Assembly (NCBI GenBank): GCA_051362555.1
Contig: CM120640.1
Location: 33,995,967 to 34,059,966 of the forward strand
Source: Lingula anatina
Lineage: Eukaryota > Animalia > Brachiopoda
DNA: 64,000 nucleotides
Direction: 5' to 3'
Both the position numbers and the translations under genes were made by a program. This document shows positions 53,701-64,000 of the stretch, in pieces; positions within the stretch are counted from its first letter, which is position 1; each line of letters opens with the position of its first letter. Under the pieces are notes generated by a model. It was not told the origin of the DNA. It ran no database searches and was given only the letters and a program-made list of their open reading frames with translations.

Positions 53701-55535
53701 ATTTACGTTTAATCAGCTCTTTGAGCTAGTCAAATTCAGTATCGATTAAGTGACGGTGGAAAGCAGTACTTTTGTGTTTGATCTCTCCAAGACGTGAAGG
53801 ATTTACACATTTCTCATTTATTTTTTACTACGCTAGGGTAGAACCAGCTTTCCTTGATGTGTTTTTCCGCTGAATCAATTCGATTACCCTGTTTTACCAT
53901 ATGCATGAAATACTGGGATTTCTTGTCTGGGGTGATTTTTCTGTGTTTTCTGTTTCAGTCCACATTTTCTAGGAAACCATGATATCTTTTTTTCTGTAGA
54001 AATAGTAATTCTTACGACAAACACGTTTTTCAATATAAGTTGACACGTTGAAATAAGGTCAGGTGAACGCAAGTTAACGTGTTTTCCCACTAGTGTTGTA
54101 TTTTCACAGCACACACGGTCTGTATAACAGTAGAATCAACTTGAATTGATAAGGGCGATCTTTGCATCCGGGCTGGTGAGACTTATCTATACAACCAAAT
54201 GCCATACTGCTTGTAGAGTACAACTCTCGAAGATATACAACAACGCGTGATAGAAAATTGAGTACAGCGATTCCAACAATACAAAACTATAACGATTCCT
54301 CAAGATATTATTGTTACTTCGCGTAAGAAAACTTAGTCACACATTGCCAGGCAGCGACTGATAGCGCATAATTTTCATTATTTCGGTTAAGTCAAGTTTG
54401 CTTAACTCAAATATGTCAAAATTGCTATTTGTTTTCAGCCACGCCTTCACCACCGCCGGACTCCAATGGCATTTTCTTACTTAGAGCTATTTATATCTAG
54501 TAATTGATAACAAAGTGCAAGTTCTTTCAAAGTTAATCCATATATTAAAACCCAGCATCACAAAAGCAACTTAAGTGGGTTTAAATTAGTTATGTTTAGA
54601 ATGCTGACTCAAAAATACAGTAAACAGAGTATCTGCCATGTTCAATCATTGATACATCAAAGTATATTTGAAAACCCTGTCCTTCTCTACACTTTAAAGC
54701 AGTACTTAGAAATATTAGGTTTGATGCATTTTTTGTTTCTGGGCAAAAACTATTTTTGTCTTTTGCTTTAAAAAATATCAACTTGAAAAGTAAAGACCAG
54801 GCAAATTAGTGACAGCAGTGTGATTTCAAAGAGTTAGTTTTGTAACGGGCACTATTTAAACATTAAATATCCTGTGAACCATTCCAGTCCAAACGTTCGT
54901 GTATCATGTGACGTCACAAAGAGGCTGACGTCATCAGTCGGCAAGATTGTTAAACATGGGATGTAATAGTTTGAATTATGTGATCCTTATTTATTTCTGT
55001 ATGTGCAATGCAGTGAAGTGATAGAGTTGTGATTAGAAATAAAATTCCACTTGAAGTAGTTGTTTTGATGCAAAAAAAAAAAAACTCAAAGAAATACCGA
55101 TATTGTTAGTCCCATTACATTTTGCGAGTGGTTCAGCGTTTCTCATAAGCGTCAAATCACGCTAAAATATCATTACTATGCCTCAACAAGCAAGAGCGTT
55201 GATGTCATGGCATTTGTGCAAAGTAAAGTTTCAAAACCATTAATTTAAAAGCTGCCATAAAAATATTTTTGTGACGAAGCCATGGTTAGAACTAGAAGAA
55301 TTAAGTCAGTTTTCATCCAGCTTGAATGGTATTGACTAAAGAAGTTCATCATCGTTATACATGCCCCAGTGGATGATATCTTCTCTTTTGATATGGAGTG
55401 TAAAACCGTACCATTTCTTTAGCTTGCTTCCCGCATGTAAATGAACGGGGAAGCCATATATCAGAATTCGTCATCAGTTATGGAGAAGGGAGAGGGGAGG
55501 GGAGGGGGGAAGTGGTGAACTGTGAGACGTTTAAG

Positions 55536-55760
55536 GGTGCTTTCCCAGAGATTTAGATCGATCTAAAGATTAAGTTTTAGATCGACCTAACTCCCTGGGG
55601 GTTCAAGGCTAAATTGCAGTCAGCCGAGCGGACACCATAGTTAATTACCCCCTTACAGCTTTTAGTAGGCGGGACAGACGCTTAAGCCGGCCAAGCTGAC
55701 AGTAATCTAGTGAGACTCCCCACAGGGATAGATCGATCTAAAAATCTATGGAAATGGGGT
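55536..55760 (-). mobile_element. MITE family A, copy 2
   Basis: Reverse complement of 14410-14623, e.g. TTACCCCCTTACAGCTTTTAGTAGGCGGGACAGACGCTTAAGCC. Confidence 0.85.
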
Positions 55761-56372
55761 GTATGACACGATAAAGAACAAGAACAGCTGACGGTCATTC
55801 ACACCAGCTTCATTCTCGAGAAGCCCATTGTCTGTTATGGCCGCCTGCTAAAAACGCTTTAAATGTCATGATATGTGTCCCGGACTAATCAATTTGAACT
55901 GTAAATTGCACAATGTTGTAAGAACTGTAAGTTAGATACTAGATAAGAGAATAACAAAGCGAACGCTAGATACGACAAATACAAAATTTGACAAAAAAAA
56001 TCGTCAGTTGAAACCATCAGTTATGCAGGATAAAGGAAATCAAACACAAGTTAACCGCAATCGTTTTGGAACTATAAATAGCTGACTTGTTTCGATCCAG
56101 TGAACTTCATGTATTTTTCAAGGAAAAAGACAACGCTTTTAGTGCCAGGTGCGATTTCACCTATTACAAATTGATGGGTATTTTTCAATATACGGGTGGC
56201 ATAATGATGTATTTGAATGATGACAGTTATGTTCGAGCAAAATCAAGTTGTAATTTTATTTATGCATAAGCTCTTTCAAAATCTGTGCATTGGAGGAGTG
56301 ATGAAGTTTATGGATGTGGCCATCGGCTTGTTTTTGTGATAAAATAACTCTCTCTGTAATGGTGCAATGTAA

Positions 56373-56720
56373 CGGTGTGAAAAGAATGGTAGTCCGCTAG
56401 GAACCTAAGCAGACCCGTAGCCAGGAGGGGTTCGGCGGATTCGAAAGCACCGCCCCTTTTGCTGGGAAAAGGTCCACTCTGTGTAAAATTTGATCTAGGT
56501 ACATAAGTTTTTTATGGGAAAAGGTCCACTTTTTTTAAAAAAAACACACTTTTGAAATTGCTGGCTACGGGCCTGACCTTAGTCCGTTCCACATTACTTT
56601 GCAGGTGACATTTGTCTTATATACTAACCCTAATGCTCTAACTGACCCTATAACCTTCATTTTTTTCATATGGGACCCCGGACTTCCATTCCTGGGACTA
56701 CAATATTCCTATCACACCGG
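56373..56720 (+). mobile_element. MITE family B, copy 3, interrupted by a family C element
   Basis: CGGTGTGAAAAGAATGGTAGTCCGCTAG ... ATCACACCGG; colinear with 15823-16003 apart from the insertion. Confidence 0.85.
56410..56575 (+). mobile_element. MITE family C (CAGGCCCGTAGCCAG-type TIR), nested
   Basis: CAGACCCGTAGCCAG ... CTGGCTACGGGCCTG; flanks ACCTAAG / ACCTTAG. Confidence 0.85.
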
Positions 56721-56749
56721 TACTGTGAGCTACAGATTAAGTCCCCTTT

Positions 56750-56947
56750 ACCCTTGACACTAGAGGGCGTACGTCCTTTCTGCGTCCCGAAGTACGGCCC
56801 GTTATGAGACTAGAAAATAATGGTTGATCATTGAGCATTCATTCTGCAACCAAAGCGATACTTGTGCCTCCTTTCTGCGACCACAGCGATGCCAATTCCA
56901 TGGCCGCAGAAAAGACGCAGAAAGGACGCCATCCAGTGTGAGGGGGG
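56750..56947. mobile_element. MITE with ~30-bp TIRs
   Basis: ACACTAGAGGGCGT....CCTTTCTGCGTC pairs with GACGCAGAAAGGACGCCATCCAGTGT. Confidence 0.65.
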
Positions 56948-56949
56948 TT

Positions 56950-56992
56950 TCTCTCTCTCTCTCTCTCTCTCTCATACACACACACACACACA
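56950..56992. repeat. (CT)n(CA)n microsatellite
   Basis: Direct reading. Confidence 0.9.
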
Positions 56993-59900
56993 CTTTCTTA
57001 TAACAACACCAAGGGGTTAGGTGCATCTTAACCTTACGCACAGGTGTAACTTATCTCCACAAAGTACAAGGCTTCACTTATTATTAACCGCCTTGAAAAA
57101 CTGCTGTGTCCTTATTAACGACATATTGATTTTGACGCTTTCCGTTGCTGTGAGTTATACACGCCCTTTATCAAAAGTTCCAAGTTATAAAGCCAGATAC
57201 CGGTACAGGCTTGTCATGAAGCTTGGCACATCCCAGTAAAAAACTATTTGTCCCAATAGGAAAATAGAGGAGTTTAAATAATCCGAGATAATTTACATGC
57301 TGAGTTTATTACAAAGCACTTAGGATTGATTGCAGTATTGGATGCATGGCCGTCGTTTTCGCTTGATGTGCCACCACCCACCAAGCTTAATTTACCAGTA
57401 ATAGACATCTACCTGCAACGAAGCAGCGCTCAGAATTGTTAAAAGTTTTATGACGAATTACTGGGATGTCGGAAACAATTTCTTTGCGAGAGTAAATATC
57501 AGGTGTTCAAATCACTTAATGTCTTCCTCAGATGCCCTAACCCGTAAATCTGAAATAAAATGCATGAAATTTTATAGCATTTAAGCACATTTCAAAAACT
57601 ACAGTAGCTTTTAAATTATAAGTCACTATTCAACGCAGTTTAAACCTGTCCTTGGAAGAAAATATCGTTTATCACTCGCACCCCCTCTTCATTACAAGAC
57701 ATACACTAACAGCGTGTCTGAAATCCCCTGCTGCGGTGATTTTTTTTAGTTTTTTCCTGCTATTTCCAGGTGATGAAAAAAATTTGACGCTTTATTTAAC
57801 CTGGCTAGTTCCCCTTTGATCTTACCAGTGGTTATGATTAAGACATCTCACGGAGCTGAATTTACCACGAATCTGTTTCACCTGGAAATTGCTGCACGCG
57901 CTGTTCCTAGAGTGAGGTTACCAGTGACATTTCAGCATAGGAAAAAATTCTCTGTCAGTTTTTTCATGGTTATCGAACTTGATCAGATGTCTGAGTTACT
58001 TACATGCATGTGTTCTTTAGCTTGTTTACAAGTAGCAGCTTCAGGTAGGAAGATTTTTTGTCGGGGCGACCAAGTAAGAAGTGTGTATCAAGCTACAGTG
58101 TTTTATTTATTTGTTCTTCTTCTACGCGTTGAGCCGAAGTGTGTATATGCTACTGGTAAGTTGTATGAGTGTATATTGAGCGTTTTTTTAACCCGCGTTT
58201 TCAAACTTGCATCAAATACTTTGTTATAGTAGTATAAAAAGTTGTGAGATATATTTTTCTGGTGCGATATGCCGAAATACGTTTTCTTTTTCATAACTGA
58301 AAACATTCCACTTCCATTTTAACACAGCACAAATCGACGAATGCCTAAGACCCCAAAGGTAGAATTGATCTGTTCTTTCTTTATCTAAATCTGAACATAA
58401 TGTGCAGAATCGGGACGCGTGTTTATGAAACTAATGATAGATATAATGCATTATATATGACAGCACATGTGTTGATACACAATTGCAAATGTTAAGATGG
58501 GGTACATACTTATTTCATCTTATCGACGTGATGTACGTACCCTTTATCGAATTAGTATTTCTTATTATCTCATTATCTTCCGTATTATCAATTGAATTAT
58601 CGATAAATAATCATAACCCGATTAATGCTGACAGCACTGTTTATTTTTAGTCTTTAGAAGCATTAACCATTATCACGCTCTCTCCTTGTATTTCCCGTAT
58701 CAGGTCGTTTTCATACTGAATAACGAAAAGAACCCCAAAACTCGCGAAAATTATATTGCATTTCATTTTTCAACTAAATACTGCGTATAATTGCGGTTTG
58801 ACTTATTACATATATCTTCCTAAATTTGATTTAGTAAGGCGAAAAAGAATTTTAGTCTTGTGAAATTTCGTTTAATCTCATTCTTCTTAATAAACGTTTC
58901 GTTTAATTATGTTCCGTATTTTTTAATGAGATTTCCTTAATCAGCTCATAAGGGAGTCGGGTTACTCCTTTTATTGTTAACTATGGGTATTCTGACTGAT
59001 TAAACGTTGGATTTCATCTGGCATAAGTGGAGCGAGACCTGTTTTCGAAGTGGTTAGTTCACGGGGCTACAATTTCAAAAGTCGACTAATTGTTTTACGC
59101 GGACTCGGTGATAAGAGATCGATAAGAGCGGTCAGTTTGGATCTCAAGGCGACTTTTCTCTAAATGAGCAATTCTAGCGTTCAGACTGTTCTTTAAACTT
59201 CGGTTCAAAGTGCGTCATCGGGCGACCAATAATCCAGGTCCCGACACCGAATCGGTTTCCACCGTTTCTGAGAGGTTGGTTTGCTTCCTCCTGTTTGCCG
59301 TATGACGTAGAATAACGTTTTAGTTTTTTTCCCGACTGTAATAAAATGACCTTGTGCATGTATGAATGTGCACTTAATTATCGGGTATCGACGGTCTTCT
59401 ACGTCCTTGTAATGATGTCAGTTAACTTGTAAGTATGAATTAGTACTAAAACAACATGCGAAAAGGCTATCAATATGTTTCTCTGAAAAATAATTTGTTT
59501 TTTTCGCAATCATCACTGATTACCATGTGGGTTCGTTTGCGTTTCAATTTACAAAAACGAAGGTTAGTTTTATCACCACAAATAATCCACTTCGTCATTC
59601 ATTTTCTTCTCTACACTCATATTATAATTGAATTTAAGCATAAAATCATATAATAAAAGCTTGACAATTTTGTCTTAAATTCAAGCATTTGTAATTTCGA
59701 AACACGGTACTATAATTTTTTCACAAACAAAGTAAATCAAAGGTTTGTGTCATCATTTTCTAGAACATCTTTGAATAATTCATGCTAAAATAGGAATGTG
59801 GAAGTTAAAATAATCTGACCGAGTAAAAATAATTTTTATACCTTTATTCGGACAGAAGCTTTATTTTTGCAACTAAGTCGTGTAGATGTCCATACATGTA

Positions 59901-60008
59901 ACTTTTAAATCGTAAAAATAAGGGAAGGAGAGAAGACATGTGTACGTCCTTTTAATAACATTTTAGCACCCATTCCAAAAAAGGGGGGAGGAATAAAACG
60001 ATTTAATA

Positions 60009-60172
60009 CATGCCCGTAGACAGCAATTTCAAAAGAGGAGTTCTTTTTTCTGAAAAAAAGTGGACCTTTTACCATGAACCTTCATGTGCCTAGATAAAAT
60101 TTTACCCAGAGGGGACCTTTTCCCAGCAAAAGGGGGGTTCTTTCGGGGGGGTCCCCACTGCCTACAGTCATG
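60009..60172 (-). mobile_element. MITE family C, copy 2
   Basis: Reverse-complement similarity to 56410-56575 (GACCTTTTCCCAGCAAAAGGGG); termini CATGCCCGTAGACAG / CTGCCTACAGTCATG. Confidence 0.75.
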
Positions 60173-61532
60173 TAATTCCATAGTGGAATAAACCACAGAA
60201 AAAAAATCAGCTTGAACTCGAACCAACACTACCATAAGTTACGCTTGCCAAAACGTTTTGAAGCATGGCTCGAAGAATGATAAACCATAGAATGTGAAGC
60301 TTTACATGTATATCCAGCAGGCTTGGTAAATTCTTGCTGGCATTATGCAATGTTCAACTTTTGCTCGATACTAGTTTTAAAGGCAATTAACAGCGTTTGC
60401 TAGGGTTAAGTACCCAACAGGTCTGACAACCCTTTATGGGAATTAAAGATCTACATCCAATTAGTTCACTTTCATACTGTCTTAATCACATTCGGAATTT
60501 TTCCCCGGTGAGTTGGAATATGCTCGATAGCATACAACGTTGGATGCTTCCATCAAAGCAAAACCAATTTCATTCAGACACGAGTACAAATGGAGAGATT
60601 ATTTTCAATACCTCAGCTATTGCGTCCGTGAATAGTCTTAGGCTGAAGGTTTATCTTACTAATACACGGAAAGGGGAGTGCCTACACGTGTAACAAATAT
60701 TTTATATTTATAAACAAAGCAGTCCAAAATCTCGGGTGAGCAAAAAACGTAATGACTAACATCACCCTGCATTCAATGATAAAATAATGAGGTGTAATCG
60801 CACAGCAAGCAAAGACCATTGTTCGATCGTGCTTTTTAAGAAGGAAGCATAAAGATTGGGTCCTCTCGTTTGAGAGACGCTCAGCTTGACCCCCCCCCCC
60901 ATCCCCCACCCCCAATTTTCAGATTATTTAGTCTCATAAACCATAAATCTGCTCATAAAATCATAAATGTCTACCTATTGTTAATTTTCTACCCAAACAA
61001 GGAATTATGCTTCACATACACCTGAACTGACCAAATGATATCTAATGACAATGTATTTACAGAAATTATAGAAGCGTGGTAGACTTAATATTAATCTTTC
61101 AGCCTATAAGTAAGTGACAAGTCGATACAACACATGCTAAGTGGACCGCTGGTACTATGTTAGTTTCAATATTTGTATAGCCACTAATGTTAATGTACGG
61201 GAATGTGTTTAGTTTATTTGCACTCAATTAGCATTTGTAAAATCTACCTGAGGATCCCCCGACTAGTCCTGGGAGTGAGGGGTGTTAGTGTACACGGAAG
61301 CTTATACAGATTACGAGTACCTATTAGCACAGGTGCGTAATTGAAGGACCCTTACACCCCTCCCCCCCCCCCTTACAGACGTACTTTTACAGTCTTCTCC
61401 TATTTAATAACAATAACAATAACAATATATAATGTCTGCTGCCCCGACATTTACAAAATTTAAGTTAAGAATTTTCAAAGATATATACAAAAGCTCAATC
61501 AGTTGGCCCACTCTTACAGATCAGTCAGTTAG

Positions 61533-61553
61533 CCCCCCCCCCCCCCCCCCCCC
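61533..61553. repeat. Poly-C tract
   Basis: About 21 consecutive C. Confidence 0.9.
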
Positions 61554-64000
61554 ACCACAACCGTATAGTACTCAACTGACTTCAGCGCGTGCGCACGGTC
61601 CGTAAGTATTCCATTGAACTTGACATAACAATCCTTTGAATAGCACTTGAGCGTATGTCACATATGTTAGTTTGGTGGATTTAGAATGAACCATGTTGCT
61701 GCGCTGAAAAGGTAGGGAAGTCTGTGCTTATGATAATATATAGGTAAGTGCGTAAAAAAGCATGTTAGTGTCTTGTCCAAGATAAACCATGAGGTTGATA
61801 TACTAGTATATTCGCTCAGCTGCGAGGTACTACCGATCTCTCAGACAGCGAGCAACGTGATTTTCTTTTACCTCAATAACTGACTTGTTCTATCAGTAAG
61901 TAAGTCTTTCTTATGCAGTTTCTATTACATTCGCGTTAAAGGGAAACCTAAGGAATTTCATCACTAACAGACCCTTTGTTTCGCACACAATGATGGTAAG
62001 CTATTGTGTATGTTTGCTCAGACAACTTCTGGGAGTCTAAAACCTCAGTTGGTCTCATCGACATCGGGTTTGGTGAGTAGGGCATACATGTAGTTTTTCT
62101 GGTCTACAAGAATAACCAGTGTTTACATTTGGCAGTATTATAATTCAGTTTTGTTAAAAGAAGGGAAATTTTGATGAGTATGAAGTGATCAAAATAACCT
62201 TATGACCATATTGTAAATTGACTTCAGAAAATTTAGTGCCCGCTGAACATACTGGGTAGAACGCAACGACGCAAGAGAAAATGTTATTCGGGAGACGTAT
62301 TTTCATTATGAATAATATATGAAAGCTATTCCTTCTTGCCCACGGGAGCGTGTTCTTATTCTCTGCTCAATTTGTATTAAGCAAAATATTTAAATAATTA
62401 ATCGATTAGTAATGCCAATGTGACATAATAAATCACACTATAAACGATTTGCATTGTATATCAAATGCACCCATTCAGATTTAGAATGATTAAAAGGTGT
62501 TTCTTTAGTTCTCTTTATTATGCGACCGTGTCTTACGTTTTTGTACAGTTAATTCGTGTAAAGAATAAAAGGAGAAAAGTACACACATAATGCATGCAAG
62601 TACGCACGCACTCGCACGCACGCACACCCGTTTGTCTGATTCCTCTTTTTACTGTATGTGGCAGTGGCATTTTATAGAAAATTCATACTACAGATCAACG
62701 TTAACACCATAACCTCGGGACACCATGTAATCCCTTAAGATCCATGCCATTAGTATGGCGTTCAATAGAAGTTTTCTTTACTGAATAAACGAAGATGACA
62801 TCATCGCCTGCCAGTTTATAAGTTTGTCGGTTCAGGCGGAGTGTGGGACATTCCGGCAGTAGGTGTGACAGACGGTGTGACTCCCAAAACAGGACACTTT
62901 TCTCAGAGAAAAAAGTAACACTGACGACCATGCGTATGCGTGTGTCCACTTAAGCGCGTGTGTGTGTACGTGCACAGCTGATGATAGCTGATGACGTTGT
63001 TTGTGTAAATATATGTTGCACTCATTGTTAGAGATACATAAATTCCATATATTATTCATAATAGCGTAGGTATTTGTACTTCTCTTACATGGCTGCACGT
63101 GCTCTTTGAACGTCACCGGAGGAAATAATATAAGTTTTGTTATTTTCATAAATATGATGTCAACAACGTAATGTACCTGCGTAATGCATTGACGTTTTAT
63201 TCCCTTAATTTGTATTGAACGTATGGTCTGTTCACATCGAAGCAACTTTCAGTCGGTCACACAACTAAAATTCCATTTACTATCCAAGGATAGTAGTACG
63301 GTGTCTAGTGGAAAAAAACATACACACACGCACGCGCGCACACACGCACGAAGAAACAACCAAAGCAATTACTATCGATTTATTTACCTTTGGTATTCAT
63401 AGTTCACTCTGCAAAATGGGAACAGACCCTGCTTTTGAATTTTGCAACACATTCCGTCAGTAGTTTTTTTTCTCTCACCGCAGACGGTATTGAAATATAT
63501 TCCATCCACTTTCATCTCGTGAAATATATATCTATGCATTTATACCAGTATTACACAAGTGAATGATTCAGTATACTGAATGTATACTGAATAAGTATAT
63601 AGAGGAAGAGCGTGTTGTTCCACTTGGCTAGATGTAAATATGAATTTAATATTCAGTCTGATTTGACCCCAGATATAATTAACACTCATCGTCGACGTAA
63701 ATATGCTATATAATGGAGGTTTGCCCTAATTAAAAATGACACATATATGTAGGAATTTCATAGATGAGTTTGAAGAAAATCATTATAGTACGTATACACT
63801 GGTTATATAGATATTTAGGATCTTCACTTCCATTTTCGTGAATATACTATTAAGTGCATGTATTGTTAAGGTGAAGTTGCAAGGACAAGATCGATTATTT
63901 TACATGCATTTATTTGAAAGCTTACTCTGTCAGGTAATCGGATTAGTTGTTTCTGTTTTTGATGGCATAATCCCATATGTAATCAATCCCAATGCATCGA

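Noticed and set aside
57539-57560. miR-100-like AACCCGTAAATC
   Set aside because: Only the 5' half matches; no hairpin or let-7/miR-125 cluster seen
57816-63245. 137-aa ORFs at 57816-58229 and 62832-63245
   Set aside because: Non-ATG starts, no domain motifs, composition typical of chance ORFs in AT-rich DNA

Overview
Eukaryotic, AT-rich, intron-containing invertebrate DNA, probably lophotrochozoan (inferred from gene families); the ORF track mostly shows exon fragments or noise. Positions 1-8496 (+) hold the last 13 exons of an extracellular multidomain gene: C8-TIL-TILa/EGF-2x Sushi-3x chitin-binding type 2-LamG, i.e. a zonadhesin/FCGBP-like body with a Pif/BMSP-like tail. Positions 9941-18453 (+) hold a complete 14-exon, 609-aa secreted astacin-EGF-CUB-TSP1 gene. 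Its frame is intact but all three zinc-binding His, the catalytic Glu and the Met-turn are replaced, so it is probably a pseudo-protease. The remaining ~45 kb has no recognisable host exons. It contains a decayed Tc1 transposase, a retroposed U2 snRNA copy with a 16-bp TSD, an RTE LINE fragment nested in a minisatellite with a MITE inside it, several MITE families, a possible solo LTR and tandem repeats. All calls are by eye, with no database searches.
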